64,000 nucleotides of DNA from Chrysomallon squamiferum. Lineage: Eukaryota > Animalia > Mollusca. The notes beneath the pieces are model-generated. The model worked only from the letters and a program-made list of their open reading frames with translations. It was not told where the DNA came from and did not search any database. Of this stretch, positions 1 to 13,334 are shown in pieces; position 1 is the stretch's first letter, and each line of letters starts with the position of its first letter. Made by a program: the position numbers and the translations under genes. The DNA lies in assembly GCA_012295275.1 (NCBI GenBank), contig CM022677.1, positions 19,096,001 to 19,160,000 on the forward strand. Reading direction: 5' to 3'.

Positions 1-1
1 A

Positions 2-1428
2 TTACCACAACCGATCACGAGTGATGAGGTTTTACTGACTACAAGAAAACAGACACATGCGAAAGAAGAACGGGAAATTATTTCCGAAGTGACTGCATCG
101 TCTACGACAACAGTAAAACATATGACGTTAGCACCGTTAAATTTAGATCAGGAAAATGTTAATACCAGAAAGGTCGTTTTGGTAAAGACGAACAAGAGAA
201 ATCAGTACAAAAAAGACTCAGATACAGAAACGAACAAGTTTAAAGCTGGGACTTTTTCTACCGAACGAACAACGCCAATTTACCAACAAACTAAGTCTAC
301 ACAAAATGACTCTTACCCACAAACTAACAATACTGGAAGAACACCTTTGTCCATTTTACACACGACAAGCCAAGGAACACCACATGAAAATGAATCAAGC
401 ACTGACGCAGATAACAATAAACATCAACAGAGCACTTCAACTGTTTCTACGTCTACGAAGACTTCATCATATGCAGAGACAACAGCGAGTTATCAAAATA
501 CGCCGCAGCAAACAACAGAGTTGTGGAACGATCCAGCGAACATCGTAAAGATCATGAAAGCCTTATTGTCCAATTTCCACATCATTCCAAAATCGGACAC
601 AGACATCAGCGTCCGCAAAAAGGTGTCCAAAAAGTTGCATCAGCAACAAATGACGACGTTGGAATCACCACCGACAAAACAGCCACCTTCTAGAAACAAA
701 GACAACGACAAACACAGGATTGGAAAACACGTTGATGTGGGACACAACAACAACAGCAGCAGCAGTATGTCAGGCAATTCAAACGCCAACGCAGAAAAAA
801 CCGACGCGAAAAGTGACAGGTTAGATGGAATTACAAATGCATTAGTCTCCGAGGACTTTGCGACTTCACGATCATCCGTAATAGAAGAATTAACATCGAC
901 AATTGGAAATACGAGCGAAGCAGGCTCAGAGGTCGTGACGAGCGAAGCCACTGTAACGAGAAGTACGTTAAGAGCTGACGAAGCTTCACTGAACACGTTC
1001 CCCACGACGATCCCAAATCTGAAGTCACGAAAAACCGACAGAAAAGAAACAGAAATGAACGAATCCACAACGCCGGGACTCGTCGTCGAAAAAGCTGCAA
1101 CAGAGTTACCTCCCTTGCCACACGTTCTCGATTCGTCTACAGTTGCAGCCGACGTGGACAAAATTCCTTTCGAAACTTTACTTGCTGGTCCAGCTAACAA
1201 TGACCTAACTGCTGGTGGATTGATAGTGAATCTCGACGTTTTGGATGCCAGCGATTTACCAATGTTGCTAGCGAAACTGGCCAATAATGTTAACGTACTA
1301 ATAATAAACACCGTTTCGAAAAACGAAAATGATACCGTAGCTGCAACTAACGTTTTCGCAGTCGTCCGAAATGAAAAAGAACAACGTAAACGAACTCGGA
1401 CGATCGGGAGTAACCGAGAAATCGTCCG
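2..1428 (+). CDS. 5'-truncated coding segment of a large Ser/Thr-rich (mucin-like, probably secreted/extracellular) protein, part 1
   Basis: Frame is open from base 2 (LPQPITSDEVLLTTRKQ...) through the listed 89..1432 ORF, so the true start is left of the window. Non-repetitive, S/T/N/D/E-rich translation with GC content above the flanking non-coding DNA. Joins part 2 via a putative GT-AG intron 1429-1501 or a 1-bp indel in 1341-1432. Confidence 0.75.
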
Positions 1429-1501
1429 GTAACGAAGTTACAACTGATATAGTTACGGACAGTAACACTAAACAGGAACAAGGTATTTTTGTTGTTAACA
1501 G

Positions 1502-2516
1502 ACATTCTGTTAATGAAGATAGTCTAAGTCAAAACATAAATTCAGTAAATCTTGGTCATATCGGTCTGTCTGATAACAGAGATCTTCTAGCACACAGCCA
1601 TGGGTTAAAAAGCACATCGAGAAAAAGCATTAAGCAACCGTTTGAATCTTCAACGGATCCTACCAGTGCAAACTATTACACCACTCAGACATCACTACTC
1701 CAGGGCTTAGTACCAGCTGCAGGGAATATACTTTCTGGACAGAAGAGTAAAGAGCATTATTCCGTGCGTCACAGTACTGTTGCGTATAATCGAGATATAC
1801 GTCACGAGTCTTTGACGTCTACGTCATCAACTGGCTATCACGTGGACAGACACACGGAACACGGTAACGGTGCATATCGAGAAGAATACGTTACGACAAA
1901 TCCGACACACTCGGTTAGTTATGGTGAACTGTCGCGTACAGTCAGTGTTCCTGACGCTACTCAAGAAAACCGCCAGCATCGGCAACTGCAACGTCAGCTT
2001 CAAGATCTAATGCAGAGTGCGCCGTGTCTGGTAGGGGAGACGCTGGAATGCGGACCGGACGCCAGATTTTCCAGACTGTCTCGGAGACGGAACCTGCGAC
2101 TGCTGTGCAAAAACCGATGTGACGTCACAGGCATGTGCGACACGGTGCTTTGCTCCTGCACGTGCGTCGAGAGGCGACCCCAGCAAGGTCACAGCAGAAG
2201 AGACTACGCCCACGGCGTCGTCGTTGTAGACAACAATCAAGAACAAGCACCGACTGCTTACACGAGGTTGCAAAACAGACGCAGAGATTATCAAACGTCA
2301 AATGTCCGACCGCCTGAAAGAACTAGAAAAGGAAGAATTCACAGAAAGAATCCTAGACAGAGAGCTGGCTTTTTGACAACAACTCCTACGACGTCATTTG
2401 CTCCGTACATGACGACGACGGCGTCAACGGCAGCTGCAGCCTCGACAACAGCATTTGAAGAAACAGAAGGCACCGAGGGACCCGATGTGGAAGTTCCTGA
2501 GAAAGAAGAAGGATGA
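1502..2516 (+). CDS. C-terminal coding segment of the same protein: S/T-rich linker, 8-Cys module (~2025-2170), basic stretch, Thr-rich and acidic tail
   Basis: Listed ORF 1371..2516 (frame open from 1341). Same composition as part 1; contains CLVGETLEC-x18-CKNRCDVTGMCDTVLCSCTC; stop TGA at 2514-2516, followed by AATAAA signals. Confidence 0.78.
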
Positions 2517-2547
2517 TTAACTGAGCAGTGTGTTTTAACACAAAAAC

Positions 2548-2862
<315 letters not shown>

Positions 2863-2888
2863 TTGTTAATGTAACTGATATTACAGTT

Positions 2889-2930
2889 AATAAAGTATAT
2901 TTAAAAGTATACAATAAAACAGTGTTTTTG
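2889..2930 (+). terminator. Candidate polyadenylation signals of gene 1
   Basis: AATAAA at 2889-2894 and 2913-2918, followed by GT/T-rich GTGTTTTTG. Confidence 0.5.
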
Positions 2931-3132
2931 ATGGGTAATTAATTTTAATTAATATGGCTTAGATAATTCACGGTACAGGATAAAAAAAATGTGTGTGTGT
3001 GTGTGTGTGTGTTTATGTGTGTGTGTCTGTGTGTGTGTACAGAGACAAACCTTCTCAATTTTATATCTTTATGAATATGATGTATGTTTAATAGTTGCTT
3101 TATCTCTGCATCTTCATTAACAGATTCATAAT

Positions 3133-3232
<100 letters not shown>

Positions 3233-3323
3233 GGTGTAGTTTTGGGATACTGAAAAATACCATGCTCTTTCAAGTTGAATTTTGAACAAAATTGTGGGGG
3301 TAAAATAAATAAATTAATAATAA

Positions 3324-3403
<80 letters not shown>

Positions 3404-3908
3404 TAAAATGAAATAAAAAACATTTCAAAAAATAAAAAATAAAATAAAAATAAAACACATAAAATAAAAAAGACTGACGTAAAAATCCGTAGCATATTGC
3501 GTGAATACAGCTTCTAACCTGTGTGTGTCTGTGCTTATTAGTTATTTTTATACGTATTTTTTATTTCGGTAAGATGGTTCAGCGAACAAATAATTGCTCA
3601 AAATTCAGCAGATCGCTGAATATTTAAGATAAATTACACTCGTATTATTACCGTTATTTCCATCAGAGCGAAATTTAACCAGGGAATTTAAATATTACAT
3701 TTCTATTGTCCTACATCTACACTACCATCATCTGCCTCTTGGTTACTTCTCATTAAAACAGATGACAGAGGCCATGAAAAGTACACCACCATTATTAATA
3801 ATTATAAAATAAAGGGGTGTGAAATCCCACAGCAGTTGCCATTACTGACGTTGTTGCCTGTAGCAACGTACTGCACTATAAACTCTATATGTATAGCGTG
3901 GGAGGAAC

Positions 3909-3949
<41 letters not shown>

Positions 3950-4310
3950 AAAGTTCCGTCGTTTTTGGATGAACCGTGTAATTTTCGATCACGCCCCCGT
4001 TTAGCGTAACATGGTATTTGGAATCGGTGTCGTTAAGCCGACGTCATTATCCATGCATCAACGTGATTTCTGAAGATTCTGTTTCATTTAAATGATGCCC
4101 GTTGTTCCACGTTCAAATTAACGCGATAACCGTTTCTGTCGTTTTTACGACGTTCATATGCATTTGTTTTTGCAGTGGTAAACCAGAAATATGCTAAGTC
4201 TGGACAGGATGGGTCAAATATAAGCGTGGCGTTTACGTACATACAGTTTGCATGCATGTAGTTGTATCTGATTTATATATTAGGATTATTATTAATATTC
4301 ATATTATTAT

Positions 4311-4452
<142 letters not shown>

Positions 4453-5047
4453 TGCTGTTGTTGTAATGTAGTTGTAATAATAGTAAAACCCCAAGAACGG
4501 AAGCAGTATTATCATAGTAGTAAGATTTCTTCTTCTTTTTCTTCTTCTTCTTCTTCTTCTTCTTCTTCTTCTTCTTCTTCTATTATTATTATTATTATTA
4601 TTTTTTTTATGTGGTGTTTTTTTGTTTTTTTGTCTCTTTTTCTATAATTAATCGATTGATTTATTGTTATTTTTTCTCATTATTTAATATAAATGTATTA
4701 CTTATTATTTAATATAATTTTGTTTTGGATCTTTTTAAAAACAATATCTTTACGAATATTTTTATTCGTATTTGTTATTAATTTCAATTTTAAAATGTGT
4801 TGGTTCTGTTTTCTTATTTAATATCGTTTACGAAAAGCAACACTGATATTATTTTTTATTTATTTATTTGTATTTATTTATTTATTTATTTACTTTTTCA
4901 CTTTGAGAGCATAATGTATATGTTCAAACAAGAAACTGCAGAAAATCTGTCAGTGAAAAATAAATATTAAAATGAATTAATAAGTATTATTAGTGTAATA
5001 GACACATCAAACAGAGCAGTGGCAGGAACGGTAAAATCACTAAGTGA

Positions 5048-5114
5048 AGCGATGAACAGGCTTGATCCTTCGATCTGTCATGTCGCAGTCCAACAACTGA
5101 CCATTAAGCTACAC
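5048..5114 (-). mobile_element. Degenerate tRNA-derived sequence (SINE head or tRNA pseudogene)
   Basis: - strand reads GTGTAGCTTAATGGT (Pol III A-box-like), then ~31 nt, then GGATCAAGCC (degenerate B box). No intact cloverleaf. Confidence 0.45.
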
Positions 5115-5525
5115 TTTATTCAGTTTGAACTGGGGGTCGTATGTTGAATGTTAAAATTTGACCAATGTCCACTGGACGGATTAGAACCAAAATACTTCAG
5201 CTTCAGAATTCAGTGATTAAATATTAAGCATTAGATTTATTGGGAATCAACTGTTTCTAATAACAAAATAATACAAAAATGCAATAAATGTTTATTAGTT
5301 ACTCGTTTTCTTATTATTTTTCTTCTTTCTTCTTCTTCTTCTTCTTCTTTATTTTATTTATTTTATTTTATTACTGAAAGTTTTGTATATTTCGAAATGA
5401 GTTTATCGTTCAATCAATAAAATGTCAAGTTTGCCACTTTGGTTATGAAAGAGATACAGAAAATTAATGTAATCCAGAGAGATTAAAACATATACAAGAA
5501 AGAACACCAACAAGACTTTTCCATT

Positions 5526-5604
<79 letters not shown>

Positions 5605-6343
5605 CTGTGTTTCGTCCCTCTATCAATCATTTTCAATCATTTTCAATCTATCTATCGGCTTCTCTTTTAATTTCAAGCCGCCGTCGGTGGCCAAAATTAG
5701 TAATTCCGAAATTCCGATTATCGACAAGAACCTTATCTCGTTTCTTCCATATTAAGCTAACCTTTGTGTTACCAAAGACGGTAGAAGCAGAGTAAAATGT
5801 CACTTTTGATGACGTACTCACAAGTTTATGCGCTGAAAAAAAAAATGAAGGTGACATTATCAGCTCGTTCGTGTGTTTTTTTGGGAAACCACAACATTAA
5901 AGCGAACATAAACCTAATTCCTCAAGGGATCAGTAAAAACGCCGTAGGGAACAATGGTAACAGTTTTCAAAGAGATTATTATCATCGTCATTATTATTAT
6001 TTTTTTCTATTTTTATTTTATTTTATTATTTATTTATTTTTTATTCTAATTTTTTTTTTTTTTTTTAAATTTTATTTTACTATTATTTATTGATTTCATT
6101 TTCTTTCCTTTTAAATAACTAAATACATTATGAATTAAAAAAAATAAAAAAAAAATAAAAAAAAAAAACTGAAAAAATAATATTTTTTTTTTTTTTTGTT
6201 TTTGTTTGTTTAAAAAATATCGAATAATCATATTTTAAAATAAAATTCAATGAAACAATTCAAAAATTGAAATAACTAATCTGGTGAATTTAAAATTACT
6301 TTAATAAAGGTATTGATTTTCCTTCATTTACTGCTGTTGTATT

Positions 6344-6424
<81 letters not shown>

Positions 6425-7214
6425 CTTTCAGTACAATGTCATTTGTTATTCTTCTTATTCTTCTTTTTCTTATTCTCCTTCTTCTTCTTCTTCTTATTAT
6501 TATTATTAGAGTAGTAGTAGTTGTTGTTGTTGCTGTTGTTATTAAAGATTCCATAACCATTCACACTCGGCTTATTACCGAATTCACCATAAGTCTTCTG
6601 TTTTAATTAGCTTTGGCTTGTTACGTCATTACTTACGGAAATTACCGAGGTGTCACAAGTGTCTTAGTATTACTAGCTGTTTGTTGTGATCATATAATAA
6701 GAGTCATTAATCTTGAAATTACTAATGATTTCTATTACCAGGTAATTTAGGAGATGAAGAAGAAAGTAAAATTAAAACGAGAAGAAACAAGAGAAAGACA
6801 TATGACGTACGAATTTATTTATGACGTAACGTCTTTACGATCTAAGAATTCGTATGTTTGGGTCTTTACCATATCGTTTTATTAATATCTAGTTAAGCTC
6901 GTTACTTTTATTTATTTGTTTGTTTATTTTTTAAATTTACTATGATTAGATACAAAGTGTCAGTAAAAAAAATTTTAAATCCGTTAAATCATTTCATTTT
7001 TATTACTGTGTTATCACTTCTTAATTTTAATTATGTTAATTTTTGTTTATTATTATTGTTATTGTTGATTTTTATATTATTATTACTGTTATTATTATTG
7101 TTGTTGTTGTTGTTATTAATTTGTTGTTCTTGTCATTGTTTCATTTTGTCGCTTTTTATTATATTTTGTTTTGTTTTGTTTTTGTTTACTTAAATATTAT
7201 TATTATCATTATTA

Positions 7215-7265
<51 letters not shown>

Positions 7266-7592
7266 TTATTATTATTATTTCATAATTTTTCAAAATAATA
7301 ACAATTAAACAATAAAACACCGAAAAGTATTTTTTCCCTTTTTTTTTTTTTTTTTTTTTTAATCTTTTATTTTAATGACCAAGCACAAATAACATTTTAC
7401 AAATATATATATATATATATGTATATATAACCGTGTTGAAATTTTAATCTCCGGGCTTTTAGACCATCCGCACTGAATGACGCAATGAAAGGCATTGATG
7501 ACGTTCACACTCTCTGTGTCTCTCTCTCACACCCACGTGTTTCCGCATCTGACGTCAGGCGTACGTACAAACGGACGACGTTTGGCGTGACG

Positions 7593-8147
7593 TCACAGCA
7601 GCGCTATGTCGTCCTTCGCCTTCGTCGTGGTCACGCCCGTGCTCCTGTCCCAGTTGAACATCTTCTTCAGCTCGAACCGGAACAGCTTCCCGGACAAAAT
7701 GTAGATGAAGAAATTGCAGCCGTAGTTGACGTCGGTGACGAGTTCGCAGAGGTCTTTGAACGGACTTATCCGCACGAGGAGCAGGCCGGCGTCGAGCGAC
7801 GTCGAGGTTGCTATGACGACGTATGCCACGATGGAGACGATCAGCGACGGCAGCAGGGTTATGACGTAGATGAAGGAAATCGTCAGCAGCATCAGCGTCG
7901 TTTTGTGTCGGCTGGAGACCACGTTGCGCGTCCTCGGCAACGAGCTGTCGTCCGTATTGCGCATGCTCCTGACGCGGTATATCCGGCCCAGCACGAGCGT
8001 GTTGCAGATGAGCACCAGGGTGACGGGCAGGATGAAGACGAGGCTGAACTGGTAGAGGTACACGTGGAGAGCTGTGTACGTCTTGAGGTGGTCGCTCAGC
8101 GCGGCACATTCAGAGTTCACTTTACCAACCATAAACAACCTGAACAC
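7593..8147 (-). CDS. GPCR last exon (end of TM4 to C-terminus)
   Basis: Acceptor TGTGTTTCAG|GTG, phase 0. Translation VFRLFMVGKVNSECAAL...FILPVTLVLICN...TLLP...NYGCNFFIYILSGKLFRFELKK...ALL*. High GC3. Confidence 0.93.
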   Translation of the reverse strand: MFRLFMVGKVNSECAALSDHLKTYTALHVYLYQFSLVFILPVTLVLICNTLVLGRIYRVRSMRNTDDSSLPRTRNVVSSRHKTTLMLLTISFIYVITLLPSLIVSIVAYVVIATSTSLDAGLLLVRISPFKDLCELVTDVNYGCNFFIYILSGKLFRFELKKMFNWDRSTGVTTTKAKDDIALL

Positions 8148-8159
8148 CTGAAACACAAA

Positions 8160-10650
8160 TAGAGTAGTGTCACTGTAATATCACTGTATTAGTATTAATA
8201 AAACCCGAAACACAAGTACAGTAGTGTTAACAGTACCACACACCTACAGTAGTGTTAATAGTAACAGTACAACACAAGTACAGTAGTGTTAATAGTAACA
8301 GTACGACACAAGTACAGTAGTGTTAATAGTAACAGTACAACACAAGTACAGTAGTATCAATAGTAACAGTACAACACAAGTACAACTACAGTAGTGTTAA
8401 TAGTAACACTACCACATAAACAACCTGAAAACCTGAAACACAAGTACAGTAGTATCACTGTATTAATAGAAACACTACCACACAAACAATCTGAAAACCT
8501 GAAACACAAGTACAGCAATATCACTGTAATATCACTATATTAGTGGTAATAAAACCTGAAACACAAGTACAGTAGTATCACTGTATTAATAGTAACACTG
8601 TATTAATAGTAACACTACAACACAAGTACAGTAGTATCACTGTATTAATAGTAACACTACAACACAAGTACAGTAGTATCACTGTATTAATAGTAACACT
8701 ACCATACAACTACAAGTACAGTAGTATCACTGTATAGTAACAGTACCACATAAACAACCTGAAAACCTGAAACACAAGTACAGTAGTGTTAACAGTACCA
8801 CACACCTACAGTAGTGTTAATAGTAACAGTACAACACAAGTACAGTAGTGTTAATAGTAACAGTACCACACAAATACAGTAGTATCACTGTAAACTCATT
8901 GTATTAGTATTAATAAAACCTGAAACACAAGTACAGCAATATCACTGTAATATCACTATATTAGTGGTAATAAAACCTGAAACACAAGTACAGTAGTGTT
9001 AATAGTAACAATACCACAGAAACACAAGTACAGTAGTGTTAACAGTAACAGTACCACATAAACAACCTGAAAACCTGAAATACAAGTACAGTAGTGTTAA
9101 TAGTAACAATACCACAGAAGTACAAGTACAGTAGTGTTAATAGTAACAATACCACACAAGTACAAGTACAGTAGTGTTAATAGTAACACAAATACAGTAG
9201 TGTTAACAGTAACAATACAACACAAATACAGTAGTGTTAACAGTAACAATACAACACAAATACAGTAGTATCACTGTAATATCACTGTATTAGTACTAAT
9301 AAAACCTGAAACACGATTACAGTACTGTTAATAGTAACACTACAACACAACTACAAGTACAGTAGTATCACTGTGTTAATAGTAACACTACCACACAAAT
9401 ACAGTAGTATCACTGTGTTAATAGTAACAGTACAACACAAACACAGTAGTATCACTGTATTAATAGTAACAGTACAACACAAACACAGTAGTATCACTGT
9501 ATTAATAGTAACACTACCACACAAATACAGTAGTATCACTGTGTTAATAGTAACAGTACAACACAAATACAGTAGTATCACTGTGTTAATAGTAACAGTA
9601 CAACACAAACACAGTAGTATCACTGTATTAATAGTAACAGTACAACACAAATACAGTAGTATCACTGTGTTAATAGTAACAGTACAACACAAACACAGTA
9701 GTATCACTGTGTTAATAGTAACAGTACAACACAAATACAGTAGTATCACTGTGTTAATAGTAACAGTACAACACAAACACAGTAGTATCACTGTATTAAT
9801 AGTAACACTACCACACAAATACAGTAGTATCACTGTATTAATAGTAACACTACCACACAAATACAGTAGTATCACTGTCTTAATAGTAACAGTACAACAC
9901 AAACACAGTAGTATCACTGTATTAATAGTAACACTACCACACAAATACAGTAGTATCACTGTCTTAATAGTAACAGTACAACACAAACACAGTAACACTA
10001 CCACACAAACACAGTAGTATCACTGTATTAATAGTAACACTACCACACAAACACAGTAGTATCACTGTATTAATAGTAACACTACCACACAAACACAGTA
10101 GTATCCCTGTATTAATAGTAACACTACCACACAAACACAGTAGTATCATTGTGTTAATAGTAACACTACCACACAAATACAGTAGTATCCCTGTCTTAAT
10201 AGTAACAGTACAACACAAACACAGTAACACTACCACACAAACACAGTAGTATCACTGTATTAATAGTAACACTACCACACAAATACAGTAGTATCACTGT
10301 ATTAATAGTAACACTACCACACAAACACAGTAGTATCACTGTGTTAATAGTAACACTACCACACAAACACAGTAGTATCACTGTGTTAATAGTAACACTA
10401 CCACACAAACACAGTAGTATCACTGTGTTAATAGTAACACTACCACACAAACACAGTAGTATCACTGTATTAATAGTAACACAAACACACAAATACAGTA
10501 GTATCATTGTGTTAATAGTAACACTACCACACAAATACAGTAGTATCACTGTATTAATAGTAACACTACAACACAAATACAGTAGTATCACTGTGTTAAT
10601 AGTAACAGTACAACACAAACACAGTAGTATCACTGTGTTAATAGTAACAC
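8160..10650. repeat. Minisatellite with a 42-bp unit (ACACAAAYACAGTAGTATCACTGTRTTAATAGTAACASTACM); regular from ~9350, mosaic/degenerate 8160-9350
   Basis: 14-aa periodicity in the spurious ORFs (HKYSSITVLIVTVQ); roughly 30 regular copies; begins immediately at the GPCR acceptor. Confidence 0.95.
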
Positions 10651-10779
10651 AAACAACAAAAACAACAACTCTAACAATAATAATAATAACACTAACAAAC
10701 TCGACCTCTCCGTAAAATAAAGCTACACACTTCCAATGTTAATTCGTGTGTCTTTCCCTCCTCCCTCCCTCTCTCAATG

Positions 10780-10781
<2 letters not shown>

Positions 10782-10872
<91 letters not shown>

Positions 10873-10940
10873 AATAAAAATTAATAATAACAATAACAAT
10901 AATATCAACCTCACAGTACATTAAAACTTCAATTTCATGT

Positions 10941-10996
<56 letters not shown>
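10782..10996. repeat. Two (CT)n tracts
   Basis: Direct reading. Confidence 0.92.
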
Positions 10997-10998
<2 letters not shown>

Positions 10999-11462
10999 AG
11001 AATATTAATGGAAGCAAAAAAAAAAATTATCGCTGCAAAGCAAATTATTATTATTATTATTATAAATTTTTTTTTTTTTTTTTTTTTTTTTTGGCTCTCT
11101 CGCTCGCTGCTCGTTCAGATTTCAGTGTGGGTTACACAAAGGTGAGATTCTGACGATGACAGATTCCTGCATGCATTGCCTCTGGCTGTCAGTTTTCTCG
11201 TGGTTTGTTACACGACTTCTGAACAATAGCAGTAACACAGCTGCCTGCACGTACAGCGACAGCGAAAACAGCGGGAAAAGAAAGCGGAGACCGGCTCGAA
11301 ATGATCAAACAGCGCGAGTTGAGTCGCTTATTTTTAAACGAGAATGACAGTGGCAGAGAGGAAATGATAACTATTTATAGAAACACATGTACGTACGTAC
11401 AGACATGCTTATATATATATATATATATAGACAGGTGTGTGACAGAGAGATATAGAAGATAC

Positions 11463-11620
<158 letters not shown>

Positions 11621-13334
11621 AAAAATATATATACAGAAGATACAGAGGCAGAGAGAGAGAGAGAGAGCGAGCGAGAGAAATGATACCTGTATTTTATTTA
11701 TCTTATCTATTGTATGTATTTTTTTCTATCTGTCTGTCTGTGTAATCTGTTTCATTTTTCACTCTGTCGTTTTATCTGTGTGTGTATCTGTGTGTGTTTG
11801 TGTGTATATATATATATCCATATGTCTACCAATTGTTCTATCAGTCTTTCTTTGTATTTTTCTACCAACAATCTCATACTGTTTGTCAATTTAATGTACT
11901 TTTCTACAGATAACAGGTTTCTAAAATTTTCTTCAATTTTCTTCTTCTTTTCCTTTATTGCTTCGTGTTAGTCTTTATTAAAATGAAGACGAGTTCCAAA
12001 AATAAAACGAAAAATGTCTTTTCTCGAGATCTTTTTCTTTTCACACCCACAAATGCACACCCACGATCACCACACCCCTAATTTCTCCTCCCACAGAATT
12101 CAGTAATAATAGTGACTGCTTTTGTTTTCAAAACTGTTGGTTATTGTGAGTCGTAATTTGAAATAGAAGAGACAGTCCAGAAAGCGTTAAGGCCAAGTAA
12201 TAATACTTATTCGGTTCTGGTAAACCGTCGAGAAATGCAGAGTAGGTAGGTGGGAGAAACTTGAAGGAGATATTTATTTATTTGTTTGTTTGTATGTATG
12301 TGTGTGTGTATTTGTGTATGTATGTGTGTGTATGTGTGTATGTATGTATGTATATGAATGTATGTATGTTTGTTTGTTTGTCATTATTATTATTATTATT
12401 ATTGTTATTATTATTATTATCATTTATGTACCCATACACATATACATATAATATATATAGATAGATAGACAGACAGACAGACAGATAGATAGATAGACAG
12501 ATATGTAAGAAAAAAAATTAATTAAATAATAATACCAAATAAATAAAAATTAACTTGCGCGCGCGCGTGTACGTAAATGTGTGTGCGTGCGTGTGCGCGT
12601 TAATCTATACGCTTCCTAATCCTCTCTACATTAGGAAATCTTTCTTTAAAACTTTCTAATCATAATCCGTAGCGAAAATTACTTGTAAAACCATTACAAA
12701 AAGCGTTTCATTTAATCCGATTTACCGGCTTTAGCTTCTCGGGCGATGTCAGAAAATTAACGCTAGCTTAGAGCAGAGACATTCTAAAAACGTTAAGGCG
12801 CAACCACACTAGATAATTTACACAAACCTTTTTTTATATTATTACTATTACGACGAGTAGAGTTGCTGCTGTTGCTGCTGCTGTTGCTGCTGATGATACT
12901 ACTACTATTACATCTGCTACTACTACTGCTACTGCTACACCTATTAATGCTAATGCAGGCTTTTGCTATTGTTATTCCTGTTACCGTTGTTATTAATGTG
13001 ATGTTGTTATTGTTGTTATTATTATTATTATTATGATTATTATTATTATTATTGTGTTACTGTTTTAATGAGTATTCTTATGTGCAGTAATTATTATTAT
13101 CTTCTTAAATTTTACTTATTTATTTATTTATTCTTTCATTTTCTTTCTTTCTTTCTTTCTTTTTTTTTTTTTTGTATTAATTTAATTAATTAATTTATTT
13201 TTATATTTATTTATTTAGATACTAATTATATAAACAATTACTAATGTAAGTACTCTTTCTAGAAATATCCATATCCTTCAAACATGAAAAATCTGAAAAT
13301 TTTGCGGCGTGAATATTTCTTCAAAACGAAAACA

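Noticed and set aside
640-1311. 223-aa - strand ORF and other small ORFs inside gene 1
   Set aside because: Antisense or off-frame shadows of the + strand CDS.
7485-8162. 225-aa + strand ORF and 184-aa alternative - frame ORF
   Set aside because: Shadows of the GC3-rich GPCR exon; no independent motifs.
9351-10715. 42-bp hairpin-containing repeats as a CRISPR array, or the 200-aa ORFs on both strands as repeat proteins
   Set aside because: Units are contiguous with no unique spacers and no cas genes; the ORFs are open only because a 42-bp unit lacks stops in some frames, and they lie inside the GPCR intron.
11156-11347. Nested small gene on the + strand in the GPCR intron
   Set aside because: 63-aa ORF without recognisable motifs or supporting splice partners.
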